DNA from: a virus | IMG/VR virus record: IMGVR_UViG_3300049172_000080 | Span: 31,701-95,700 of that record | Direction: 5' to 3' (one strand) | Length of the DNA stretch: 64,000 nucleotides | Part shown: positions 1 through 7,987 of the stretch, one piece after another | Numbering within the stretch: the first letter of the stretch is position 1 | Layout of the letters: each line of letters opens with the position of its first letter | Notes under the pieces: generated by a model | The model's input: the letters and a program-made list of their open reading frames with translations, nothing else | Told to the model about the DNA's origin: nothing | Databases searched by the model: none | Made by a program: the position numbers and the translations under genes

Positions 1-74
1 TGACCGACACCACCACATCGCTCCCGGTCTACGAGCGCCGGGACATCCCCGAGCAGCACCGGCACCTGCGCACG

Positions 75-1250
75 ATGACGGAGCTGAAAGCCGACCGCCT
101 GAAGCCGGCCGAAGGGCAGCAGCCCGTGGCACTGGTCCGGGTGTACCGGCGCGGCCACGGCTGGGGCGAATTCCCCCTGTATGACCCCGCTGGTGCGGCG
201 AAGATGCGCCCGCTGTCCGCCAAGCAGCAGCGTGCCATCGAGGCCCGGCGGACCTGCCCGGAGTGCAATGAGGTGCGCGGATACGTCGTCTACATCAGGT
301 GTAACGACTGCCGGGCGAAGGCGCAGCAGGAGGCGCAGGACCGGCAGGCGCGCACCTGCGAGCGGTGCAGGCGCGAGGCCGGGGCCGCGCTGCCGAAGGA
401 CGTGCATGGCTGGCCGGCGTGCGATCCGTGCCGGATCCGCTACGCCATTTGCAAGCAACTCGCCGATGAGCGAGCGGCCGTGTGGCGCCGTACCTGCCCC
501 GGATATCCGGGCCACGACTGCACGGTGGAGACCGCGACGGATGACGAGATCACCGAAGCATGGAACGCCGGGGACTACACCGGGCCCTGGCGGTGTCCGC
601 CGTGCGGCGAGGCGTATGAGCGGTGGTACGAGGCTCAGCGCCACCAGGTCGGGGAGACGCGGGAGCGGCAGGTGGCCGGGCTGTCCGCATGGGCGCGGGA
701 CGCTCTCGCCGACCCGGCCGTGGTCGTCCTGGACACGGAGACGACCGGGCTGCACGACGGGGCACGCATCGTCGACCTGGCTGTGCTGACCGTCGGCGGG
801 GACGTCCTCGTGAACACGTTGCTCGACCCGGGCGAGCCGATCCCGGCCGAGGCGACGGACATCCACGGCATCACCGACGTGGACGTCCAGGGCCAGCCCC
901 GGTTCGGGGACGTCCTGGTGCAGCTCACCGGGGCGCTCGTCAACCGCCGGTGTCTGATCTACAACGACACGTTCGACGTCGGCCGGCTGCGCCACGAACT
1001 GACGATGCACTACCGCGAGGCCGGCCACGGCGACCCGGCTGCCTCGGCAGCCGCGTGGCTGGAGACGATGCGGTTCGAGGACGTGATGATGCCGTACTCG
1101 GACTGGTACGGGGAGTGGTCGGACTACCACGGGAACTACTGCTGGCAGCCGCTGTTCGGCGGGGACCACCGGGCCGCGTCGGACTGCCGCGCGGTGCTGG
1201 ACCGACTGCGCGAGATGGCGGCTGGGGTTGCTGACCCGGCTGAGGCATGA
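75..1250 (+). CDS. DnaQ-like (DEDDh) 3'-5' exonuclease with N-terminal multi-CxxC zinc-finger region
   Basis: C-terminal VVVLDTETTGL..DIHGITD exonuclease motifs. Several CxxC pairs upstream. The frame stays open to window position 3, so the true start may lie outside the window. Confidence 0.7.
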   Translation: MTELKADRLKPAEGQQPVALVRVYRRGHGWGEFPLYDPAGAAKMRPLSAKQQRAIEARRTCPECNEVRGYVVYIRCNDCRAKAQQEAQDRQARTCERCRREAGAALPKDVHGWPACDPCRIRYAICKQLADERAAVWRRTCPGYPGHDCTVETATDDEITEAWNAGDYTGPWRCPPCGEAYERWYEAQRHQVGETRERQVAGLSAWARDALADPAVVVLDTETTGLHDGARIVDLAVLTVGGDVLVNTLLDPGEPIPAEATDIHGITDVDVQGQPRFGDVLVQLTGALVNRRCLIYNDTFDVGRLRHELTMHYREAGHGDPAASAAAWLETMRFEDVMMPYSDWYGEWSDYHGNYCWQPLFGGDHRAASDCRAVLDRLREMAAGVADPAEA

Positions 1251-1263
1251 TTTAATCAAATCA
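1224..1263 (+). promoter_or_regulatory. Conserved phage promoter cassette (copy a)
   Basis: GGGGTTGCTG-N17-TTTAAT within palindrome TGATTTAATCAAATCA. Followed by the GACCAAGGAACGAGGA leader and the ATG at 1294. Confidence 0.6.
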
Positions 1264-1293
1264 AGAACACCGACCAAGGAACGAGGACTAGAC

Positions 1294-1581
1294 ATGGACG
1301 AAGCGCAGGCAGCGTTGGAAGGCGCGATCCGCAAAGCTGTGCCGGGGGACGGGGTGGACGCGATCGTCAACCTGATCGGCCCGCTGGTGGACGAGATTCG
1401 CCGCGACCAAGCCAAACGGGACGCTGACGTGCTGCGGCGGATGTCCGAGCGCAGCCCGAACACCACGCCGCCCCGGGGCGGCACGAACAGCCGCATGGTC
1501 TTCGGCACCGCTGCGCAGATGCTGGACCCCGACGGGGAGGGTTGGGGGCTGAACCTCCCGGACCACCTCAAGGACGCCTGA
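1294..1581 (+). CDS. hypothetical protein (95 aa)
   Basis: ATG preceded by the conserved leader GACCAAGGAACGAGGAC. Followed by a hairpin terminator. Confidence 0.6.
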   Translation: MDEAQAALEGAIRKAVPGDGVDAIVNLIGPLVDEIRRDQAKRDADVLRRMSERSPNTTPPRGGTNSRMVFGTAAQMLDPDGEGWGLNLPDHLKDA

Positions 1582-1597
1582 CCCAGACCGCAGACCG

Positions 1598-1623
1598 GCC
1601 CCGGAGTCTCGTGACTCCGGGGC
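1598..1623. terminator. Bidirectional stem-loop between convergent genes
   Basis: GCCCCGGAGTC / GACTCCGGGGC stem followed by TTCGTCG. Confidence 0.6.
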
Positions 1624-1632
1624 TTCGTCGTG

Positions 1633-2733
1633 TCACAGGAACCGGTCGACCAGGCCCTCGTATACCTTCACGGCCGCCGCCGCGTGCGTGCGCTTGAGCG
1701 CCTCGTCGTCCCGGCGACGGATGTAGCGCATCGTCGTGGAAATGTGGCTGTGGTCGGCGAACCGGCGGATATCGTCCGGCGTTGGCTTCCCGTCCTTCGA
1801 CGCCAGACCCTCGTCGTACATGTGGGTCAGCTTGCTGGCCCTCAGGACATGCGGGGTGAGGTCCCGGCCCGGCAGCACACCGGCCGCACGGCCGAGGCGG
1901 TTCAACAGCCGGTCCACGGCGTGCCGGTCCATCGGCCGGCCGCCGTCATCGAGCAGCAGGTGCCCGGAGGTGCGGCCCTCCCAGCACACCGCGCCCAGCT
2001 CGCACAGCTTCGGCGGAAGGGTGAACTTCCGGCCCTTGCCGCCCTTGCGGGTCAGGTCCAGCTTGCACTCCCCGCCGGACGGCTTCATGTGCTGCATCCC
2101 GGCCGCGCAGCACTCCGAGACGCGGCCGGCCAGCGTGTAGATGAGCACCGGCACGAGGGCCTGGCGCGGGGTCTGCGCCTGCTCCACCACAGCCTGGAAC
2201 TCAGGCACTTCGAGGATCGGCGTCATCGCCGCCTCGTCGTGCTGGTCGATCACCGGCCGGTCGTACCGGGTGATGGGGTTGATGATCTCCAGCCGGGTAC
2301 GGAACTTGGTGTACTCGATCAGCGAAGTCAGCGAGGACACCAGCCGGTTGACCCGGCGCGGCCCGAGCCCGATGTCCGTGGTCCAGGCCCTCCAGGCCGG
2401 GATGACGTCGGGGGTGATCGCCCCGAGGTACCAGGGCTCAGTACCGACCAGCTCCCGGGCGGCGCGTGCCCAGTGGCGGACGTCGTCGGCGTACTCGCGC
2501 CGGGTGCCGTCGCTCAGCCTCTCGGAGTTCAACCACCCCACCACGTGCTCGAACGTCTCGGGTGCGCACAGCTCGTGAAGCAGGTCGAGCCGGTGGACGC
2601 GCGGCCCGAGCCGGCGGTTCCTCGGGTCGCGCGGGGCGACCGTGCCCAGTTTCTCGCGCAGGCCCAGCACGGTACGCAGCGCCGCGTTCCCGTCGGCCGC
2701 GATGGTGGTGGGCTCGGTTGGAGCGAGTGTCAC
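1633..2733 (-). CDS. int: tyrosine recombinase / integrase
   Basis: AGRVSE (box I Arg), PHVLRAS (HxLR) and HSHISTTMRYI (His..Tyr) catalytic motifs. The GTG start overlaps the upstream stop (GTGA). Confidence 0.85.
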   Translation of the reverse strand: MTLAPTEPTTIAADGNAALRTVLGLREKLGTVAPRDPRNRRLGPRVHRLDLLHELCAPETFEHVVGWLNSERLSDGTRREYADDVRHWARAARELVGTEPWYLGAITPDVIPAWRAWTTDIGLGPRRVNRLVSSLTSLIEYTKFRTRLEIINPITRYDRPVIDQHDEAAMTPILEVPEFQAVVEQAQTPRQALVPVLIYTLAGRVSECCAAGMQHMKPSGGECKLDLTRKGGKGRKFTLPPKLCELGAVCWEGRTSGHLLLDDGGRPMDRHAVDRLLNRLGRAAGVLPGRDLTPHVLRASKLTHMYDEGLASKDGKPTPDDIRRFADHSHISTTMRYIRRRDDEALKRTHAAAAVKVYEGLVDRFL

Positions 2734-3203
2734 GGCGGATCCCAGATCGCCCCGCCCAAGCCAGCGGGGACAGCGCTGAATTCGCAATCGGTCCACCGAC
2801 AGACGTCCTCGGCTGCCGGGCCGTACTGGACGTACCAGGCGTGGTCGTGGAGTCTCTCGTCGCTCTCGGAAGCCTCAGCCGCCCACTCTTCGTCTGTTGT
2901 CGCCCACTCGTCCCGGTGTGCGAGCAGGATACCGAAGCCCCGGATCTGCCTATCAGGATCGCGGCGGTACGGCGTCCCGGCTTCCATGACGAGGTCACCC
3001 AACTCGGGGTCGCGCATACGTGCGTCCAGTTCGGCGACCTTCGGGGCCGGGTTGCCTACAGTCACCGCATCGCGAAGGGCGCCCGCAACGATGATCATGT
3101 GTCGACGGAGGGCGGTTGCCTTGTCGTCCAGGTCCAGCAGACCATCTCTGCGCGCGGTTCCGGAGACGCCCTCGTAGGGCTGCGGGTATCGGGTGTCGCT
3201 CAA
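2730..3203 (-). CDS. hypothetical protein (157 aa), co-transcribed with int
   Basis: TTG start preceded by the leader variant GACCACGGAATGAGGAACC. Acidic, coding-like composition. Confidence 0.55.
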   Translation of the reverse strand: MSDTRYPQPYEGVSGTARRDGLLDLDDKATALRRHMIIVAGALRDAVTVGNPAPKVAELDARMRDPELGDLVMEAGTPYRRDPDRQIRGFGILLAHRDEWATTDEEWAAEASESDERLHDHAWYVQYGPAAEDVCRWTDCEFSAVPAGLGGAIWDPP

Positions 3204-3245
3204 GGTTCCTCATTCCGTGGTCGTGAGTGTCACGGCTGATGAGCC

Positions 3246-3392
3246 CTAGTCCTGAGGCAGCGCACCGGGCGGGATCACCAGCAGCCCACCGTCCACATGA
3301 TCAGGAGCGTCGCCATAGAGCACGATCTCAATTCCGCCGTCCGTTCGTTCCAGCTCCACCGTATTCACGAGTTGTGGGTCGCGTTCGTCCAT
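3246..3392 (-). CDS. small hypothetical protein (48 aa)
   Basis: Hand-translated ATG..TAG ORF (MDERDPQLVNTVELERTDGG...). It is below the ORF-track size cutoff and has a weak RBS. Confidence 0.3.
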   Translation of the reverse strand: MDERDPQLVNTVELERTDGGIEIVLYGDAPDHVDGGLLVIPPGALPQD

Positions 3393-3493
3393 GCGCTGAG
3401 CCTACCCGGGACCATGATCACGTGGACGCAAAACACACGTTTTGCGCTTCGCCCAGAGCGATTCTGCGAGAACGACGTTCTGTGCCATCCTCC

Positions 3494-3532
3494 GGGTTGT
3501 CCTCTGCGAGATCCCATGGTTTAATTAATTCA
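3494..3532 (+). promoter_or_regulatory. Conserved phage promoter cassette (copy b)
   Basis: GGGTTGTCC-N17-TTTAAT within TGGTTTAATTAATTCA. Lies upstream of the GTG at 3580. Confidence 0.6.
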
Positions 3533-3579
3533 TCGGGCAGGATGAGCGGCCCGACTGACCAAGGAAAGAGGGACCGGCT

Positions 3580-4032
3580 GTGACTCGACGCGAGATGTCC
3601 AAGACGGAGCGCGCGGCCCGCGACGCAATGAAGCCCTACATCCGCGAGGGCCTCATCAGCCAGGGCGAGGCGAACAAGACGATCCGCGACAGCCTCGCCC
3701 TGGTGGAGAAGACCGTCCGGGACAACTACTCACCGGATCAGGCGTTCTACTACGCGGGCAAGATCGCAACGGCGCGCGAGGCGTTCGAGGCGCAGGAGAA
3801 CCCCGTGGTGCGTATCATCCTCCGGGGCAAACTGATGGGCTGGGAGATGTACGCGGCCGTCTACGTGGTGGTCCGCGAGGAGCACGGCGACACGGACGTC
3901 CCGATGGACCAGGCCGTGGAGACCATGGCCACCATCCGCGACACCGCGCGGGAGATGCGGACGGAGTCGCAGGCCTTCAAGGACATCGTCCGTGAGACCG
4001 AGCTGACGGCACCTGTGGAGGCCGCGCGATGA
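3580..4032 (+). CDS. hypothetical protein (150 aa)
   Basis: GTG start after the leader CTGACCAAGGAAAGAGGGACC. Its stop overlaps the next start (ATGA). Confidence 0.6.
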   Translation: MTRREMSKTERAARDAMKPYIREGLISQGEANKTIRDSLALVEKTVRDNYSPDQAFYYAGKIATAREAFEAQENPVVRIILRGKLMGWEMYAAVYVVVREEHGDTDVPMDQAVETMATIRDTAREMRTESQAFKDIVRETELTAPVEAAR

Positions 4033-4550
4033 CCACACCCGAACGCCGCAGGGCGGACCGTCTCCAGGAGCAGGCCGACCGGCTCACGGCCAGGGCTGAG
4101 GGGATGCGCGAGCGGGCAGACGGCATGTACGGCCGGTTCGCCGGCGGACAGCCGCTGCTCGTCGGCCACCACTCCTACCGCTCCGCCCGGCGGACGAAGA
4201 ACCGTGCGGACGCGGCGTCCGACCGGGCGCTGGCCGCGTACACCGAGGCGAAGCAGGCACAGGCCAACGCGAAGTACGCCAAGGCCAAGGCGGACGCGAA
4301 GGACTCAATAGTCGAGAAGGTGTCCGCCCGGACCCGGCCGTGGCAGCGCTCGGATTTCCGGGTGGGCGACATCGTCACCGTGCGCACCTTCGAGACCGGT
4401 CAGGACACCTACCGGGTGAAGAGGGTCAACGCCAAGACGCTGACGCTGGACGGCGGCGGAGGTGGCTGGGACGACCCCCGCCGCGAGTACGACCGAGTCC
4501 TGTCCCGCACCCGGGACGGCGTCACCATCACCGACCCGGCCGAAGTCTGA
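4029..4550 (+). CDS. DUF3560-like protein
   Basis: GQPLLVGHHSYRS motif and C-terminal DFRVGD..Y.V.RVNAKTLT motif, assigned from memory of the family. A paralogous C-terminus occurs at 35036..35482. Confidence 0.55.
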   Translation: MTTPERRRADRLQEQADRLTARAEGMRERADGMYGRFAGGQPLLVGHHSYRSARRTKNRADAASDRALAAYTEAKQAQANAKYAKAKADAKDSIVEKVSARTRPWQRSDFRVGDIVTVRTFETGQDTYRVKRVNAKTLTLDGGGGGWDDPRREYDRVLSRTRDGVTITDPAEV

Positions 4551-4551
4551 C

Positions 4552-4590
4552 GGGTTGTGCCCCTGCCCGGACCATGATTTAATTAAGTCA
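4552..4590 (+). promoter_or_regulatory. Conserved phage promoter cassette (copy c)
   Basis: GGGTTGTGC-N17-TTTAAT within TGATTTAATTAAGTCA. The -35 element overlaps the end of the preceding CDS. Confidence 0.6.
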
Positions 4591-4632
4591 TCGGGCAGGG
4601 GCCCGGCAGACCAAGGAAAGAAGGAACTGACC

Positions 4633-4995
4633 ATGAACGCCACCGCCACCCGCGCCGCCTCCTCCACCATGATCCGCATTGCCGCCGTCCTGCGTGAGCA
4701 CGAGGCGCTGCTGGCCAAGTACGGCGTGCACGGCATCGTCGGCGTCATCGCCTACATCACCGCCGACGGCTACGGCCGCCGCTACGACGCCGACAGCCCC
4801 CTGCCCGCCCTGGCCGTCCGCATCGGCCGCATCGGCTCCCACGTCGCCGGCGTCCGCCGCGTCAACCGCCGCATCGTCCAGACCCACGAGGTGAGCGAGG
4901 CCCGCATGCGCGACGGCATGCTGCTCCAGGACATCGCCAACACCCTCGACTCCCTGCGCATGGGCGGCGGGCCTGTCGGCCGCGTCAGCGCCTGA
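4633..4995 (+). CDS. hypothetical protein (120 aa)
   Basis: ATG after the leader AGACCAAGGAAAGAAGGAACTGACC. Confidence 0.6.
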   Translation: MNATATRAASSTMIRIAAVLREHEALLAKYGVHGIVGVIAYITADGYGRRYDADSPLPALAVRIGRIGSHVAGVRRVNRRIVQTHEVSEARMRDGMLLQDIANTLDSLRMGGGPVGRVSA

Positions 4996-5003
4996 CCCCA
5001 GAC

Positions 5004-5049
5004 ACGACGAAGCCCCGGGACTCCACCACAGGTCCCGGGGCTTCGTCGT
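5004..5049. terminator. Bidirectional hairpin terminator
   Basis: ACGACGAAGCCCCGGGA / TCCCGGGGCTTCGTCGT 17-bp stem. Confidence 0.7.
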
Positions 5050-5058
5050 CGTGACTCG

Positions 5059-5439
5059 TTACACGAGCCAGTGCCGGCCACCAGCCGCACCGAAGGCGCC
5101 GACGTACACCTGGTGCGTGTAGTCGCCGGACTGCCAGCGTGTGCCCGCAGTGCCCGCGATGAAGCGATGGCACGTACGTTCGATAATACGGCGTAGCTCG
5201 GGGAACTGAAGGTTCAAGAGCAGACCCGACAGCTCCACCCCTTCCGGAGCGGGCAGGGCCGCCGCGTCCTCGTCCCCGGTCGCCTCGTGCACGGCGGCCC
5301 GGATGGCCAGGACGCGGACCGCGTCGGCCATGCTCCCGGCGACGTCCGGCATCTCCGGGTCAGCCATCCACCGGCCGTGGATCTCTGCCGCGCGGCAAGC
5401 GGTCATCGTGACGTCGGACAGAGTGCTGGTGGCGGCCAT
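5059..5439 (-). CDS. hypothetical protein (126 aa)
   Basis: Coding-like composition. Divergent from the GntR gene. Confidence 0.5.
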   Translation of the reverse strand: MAATSTLSDVTMTACRAAEIHGRWMADPEMPDVAGSMADAVRVLAIRAAVHEATGDEDAAALPAPEGVELSGLLLNLQFPELRRIIERTCHRFIAGTAGTRWQSGDYTHQVYVGAFGAAGGRHWLV

Positions 5440-5488
5440 GCGGTCCTCCGTGTGTGATTTATCGAATTCATGGGCATGCCCCTGTGAG

Positions 5489-5521
5489 ACTTCCTACAGG
5501 AAGCACCCTCCTGTAGGAAGT
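5489..5521. promoter_or_regulatory. Inverted repeat, candidate GntR operator
   Basis: ACTTCCTACAGGAAG-N4-CTCCTGTAGGAAGT lies in the divergent intergenic region, 60 bp upstream of the GntR start. Confidence 0.4.
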
Positions 5522-5579
5522 TAGGGCACCGTTCCGGTACCGTCAACCACATCCGATAGGAAGACCCGAGGAGCTAAGC

Positions 5580-6257
5580 ATGGCTGGCACCGTGGCACGC
5601 ATGGTCAATTACCTGAAAGCGCGCGTTGACCTGGGAACACTGAAGCCTGGCGACCGACTGCCACCCACCACCGCACTGATGAAGCAGTTCATGATCAGCG
5701 ACAACGCGGTCTACCGGGGAATCGCGCTCTTGAAGGCCGAGGGCTACGTCACCTCCCAGCAGGGCAAGGGGGTGTTCGTCGCCGACCGCCGCCGGCTCAT
5801 CGTGGGTGAGAAGCGGATCCAGGGCATTACGCAAGCCGGTGAGACGATCAACCACAAGCGCAGCGAACGCGTGCAGGCGCCGGACTGGGTCGCCGAGTTC
5901 CTCGGGGAGGGCGAGTGCGTGAATCGCGTTCGTACCGTGAGCCGTGGGGACGCGGTCGTGCAGGCGTCGCAGTCGTGGGTGCACCTCGCGGTTGCCGACG
6001 TCGTTCCCGAGATCGATGAGCCCCAGGCCTGCGACCCGACCTGGCAAGCCGTTTACCAGGACCGCTCGGGCAACCCCGTGAAGGTGGCGTCCAAGACGGG
6101 CATCGTCCGCACCACCACGGACGAGGAGCGTGAGGAGTTCGGCCTGGACGCCGACCGGGAGGTGCTGGCCGTCCGTAGCATCTACGTCACCGGCAATACG
6201 GTGATCGGTGTCGGCGAGGCCGCGTACGCGCCGGATAACCCTTTGATCATGTCCTGA
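5580..6257 (+). CDS. GntR-family transcriptional regulator (HutC/UTRA-like)
   Basis: N-terminal winged HTH LPPTTALMKQFMISDNAVYRGIALLKAEGYVTSQQGKGVFV, plus a C-terminal effector-type domain of about 150 aa. Confidence 0.8.
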   Translation: MAGTVARMVNYLKARVDLGTLKPGDRLPPTTALMKQFMISDNAVYRGIALLKAEGYVTSQQGKGVFVADRRRLIVGEKRIQGITQAGETINHKRSERVQAPDWVAEFLGEGECVNRVRTVSRGDAVVQASQSWVHLAVADVVPEIDEPQACDPTWQAVYQDRSGNPVKVASKTGIVRTTTDEEREEFGLDADREVLAVRSIYVTGNTVIGVGEAAYAPDNPLIMS

Positions 6258-6281
6258 GAGCGCATGCGTGCCCCACCCGAG

Positions 6282-6305
6282 CCCCGGAGCCTTCACGCTC
6301 CGGGG
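6282..6305 (+). terminator. Hairpin terminator after GntR gene
   Basis: CCCCGGAGC / GCTCCGGGG stem followed by a TTTCGTTGTGT tail. Confidence 0.6.
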
Positions 6306-6320
6306 TTTCGTTGTGTCGGA

Positions 6321-6359
6321 GAGTTGCATGCATCACACAACTGTGGTTTAATTAATCCA
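6321..6359 (+). promoter_or_regulatory. Conserved phage promoter cassette (copy e)
   Basis: TTGCAT-N17-TTTAAT within TGGTTTAATTAATCCA, about 150 nt upstream of the precursor ORF. Confidence 0.55.
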
Positions 6360-6509
6360 TGATCGGCGACCCGTGGGAGCTGGTCTTCCACGGCGTGAAC
6401 ACCGGCCGGGACTGAGTTCACGTACAGCCGACCACCCGGCGGAGAGCAAGGAACCAGGAACACAGGAACGGGTCGTCAACGCGCGGCCCCACAACAGAAG
6501 GACTACGTC

Positions 6510-6779
6510 ATGAGTGCTACGGCCACTCCGTTCGCTCTTCTCGTCGAGATTCCGGCACCTCCCGTCAACCGGACTCCGGCGTACACGTACGACAAGTCCC
6601 GCCAGCTCAACGTGACGGCGGCCGGTGACGCTGTGATCGACGTCAGTTCCGTCGCGGCCCCCTCGCACACGCACAACCACAAGGGCTGGAAGAAGGACGA
6701 CGACTGGGCGTCCCCGGACGGGCTGTTCGGACCGACGTTCACGCACAACGCCTCGGGTCACAAGAAGGACGACGACTGA
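6510..6779 (+). CDS. graspetide (omega-ester/amide RiPP) precursor peptide, two core repeats
   Basis: 89 aa. The leader carries a PFALLVEI helix motif (compare microviridin PFFARFL). Two Thr/Ser...KKDDD repeats are present: SHTHNHKGWKKDDD and the C-terminal TFTHNASGHKKDDD. The ORF ends 3 nt before the ATP-grasp gene. Confidence 0.65.
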   Translation: MSATATPFALLVEIPAPPVNRTPAYTYDKSRQLNVTAAGDAVIDVSSVAAPSHTHNHKGWKKDDDWASPDGLFGPTFTHNASGHKKDDD

Positions 6780-6781
6780 TC

Positions 6782-7789
6782 ATGCCTCTCACTCCCACAG
6801 TGCTCGTCATCAGCGCACCCGATGACCTGAGTGCAGATCTCGTGATACGGCAGATCCAGGAACGTGGAGTCAGCATTCACCGCGTCAACCCCGCTGACCT
6901 CGCGCGCCCGGGTCTCCTGCGAATGACCGGCATCTCGGACGAGGAACCCCTGAGGTTCAAGATCGACGATGGTCACCGCGTCACACTCTCGCAGTCGGTC
7001 GCGTCCGTTTTCTGGTGGCACCCGGATCCACCCAGCCGCTGGGAGGAGGGAGAGTCCAGGGCCATCCTGGAGGACTTCCTTTACGGTCTCGATGACGTCC
7101 TGTGGGTCAACCACCCGCGCCGGGCCCAAGCGGCTCGGCCGGGCCCTCGGCAACTGAACATCGCGGCATCTCTGGGCTTCCGTACCCCGCCCGCGCTCTA
7201 CACCAACGACCCCGTCCAGGCTGCCGCCTTCGCCCGGGAGCAAGGCGGGCAGGTTGTGTGCAAGACACTCACTGCGCACCCTGACCGGTTCGTTCAGGCA
7301 CGGCTCACGACCGCCGAGGAGATCGAGGCCGCCGCAAACAGCGTGCGTCAGAACGTCGGCTACTTCCAGAAGCCGGTGGACAAGGTATGCGACGTCCGCT
7401 TAACCGTGGTCGGTGACCGGGCGTTCCCTTGCAGGATCACGTCCCCCGGCGCACTGGACTGGAGGGCGGTGCCTGAGACGGGCCTGGGTTTCGAGGTAGT
7501 GGGTATCAGCCTGCCCTTAAACCAGAAGGTTCAGAAACTCATGCAGGTTCTGGGTCTGGAGTACGCGGCGCTGGATTTCGCCGTCGACCAGAACGGCACC
7601 TGGTGGTTCCTGGAGGCGAACCCGGCCGGCCAGTTCGGGTTCGTGGAGGCCGCGACCGGCATGGTCATCTCACGAGCCATCTCTGATCACCTCGTGCAGA
7701 CCGCTCTGGCAACCCACGTCTACACCCCCGGCGGCGGCCACCACGCCTCTTCCGGGGCCCCGTGGCAGCGGGGTGGCGCCGACCGCTGA
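6782..7789 (+). CDS. ATP-grasp ribosomal peptide maturase (MvdC/MvdD-like)
   Basis: RimK/MvdD-type motifs: DVRLTVVGDRAF, DWR, YAALDFAVDQNGTWWFLEANPAGQFGF. Contains two in-frame TTA codons, at 7400 and 7517. Confidence 0.8.
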   Translation: MPLTPTVLVISAPDDLSADLVIRQIQERGVSIHRVNPADLARPGLLRMTGISDEEPLRFKIDDGHRVTLSQSVASVFWWHPDPPSRWEEGESRAILEDFLYGLDDVLWVNHPRRAQAARPGPRQLNIAASLGFRTPPALYTNDPVQAAAFAREQGGQVVCKTLTAHPDRFVQARLTTAEEIEAAANSVRQNVGYFQKPVDKVCDVRLTVVGDRAFPCRITSPGALDWRAVPETGLGFEVVGISLPLNQKVQKLMQVLGLEYAALDFAVDQNGTWWFLEANPAGQFGFVEAATGMVISRAISDHLVQTALATHVYTPGGGHHASSGAPWQRGGADR

Positions 7790-7807
7790 GCGCATGTGCG
7801 CCCCACC

Positions 7808-7834
7808 GGCCCCGGAGCGAAGATGCTCCGGGGC
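7808..7834 (+). terminator. Hairpin terminator after ATP-grasp gene
   Basis: GGCCCCGGAGC / GCTCCGGGGCC stem. The sequence context nearly repeats the terminator at 6282. Confidence 0.6.
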
Positions 7835-7920
7835 CTTCGTGTGTGAGTAGGCGAAATAGACCTTTCGACGTATGGTGCCCCGCGTCCCCCAGACTTCCTC
7901 GGGTCAGGGTGCACAGGGGT

Positions 7921-7958
7921 GCGTGAGCCCCGCTGGTGTGGTGGCCAGCGGGGCTCAC
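7921..7958. other. Perfect 15-bp stem-loop upstream of the 7988 gene
   Basis: CGTGAGCCCCGCTGG / CCAGCGGGGCTCACG. Could be a second terminator or a leader structure. Confidence 0.45.
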
Positions 7959-7987
7959 GTGCGAACCGCTGCCGACGGGAGAACGAG

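Noticed and set aside
1630-3177. 515-aa plus-strand ORF overlapping the recombinase region.
   Set aside because: It is antisense to a gene with clear tyrosine-recombinase motifs. Its Arg/Pro/Gly/Ala-rich composition is typical of off-frame ORFs in high-GC DNA. It has no leader or RBS.
3426-3447. AT-rich hairpin ACGCAAAAC-ACAC-GTTTTGCG, considered as attP core or repressor operator in the int-proximal switch region.
   Set aside because: It is a single copy with no flanking arm-type repeats and no adjacent repressor gene. There is not enough evidence to call it.
5455-5470. Eighteenth copy of the AT-rich promoter palindrome (TGATTTATCGAATTCA).
   Set aside because: The dyad is degenerate and has no GGGGTTGT-type -35 at 17 or 22 nt in either orientation. 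It lies only 16 nt from the ATG of 5059..5439. It was not counted as a family member.
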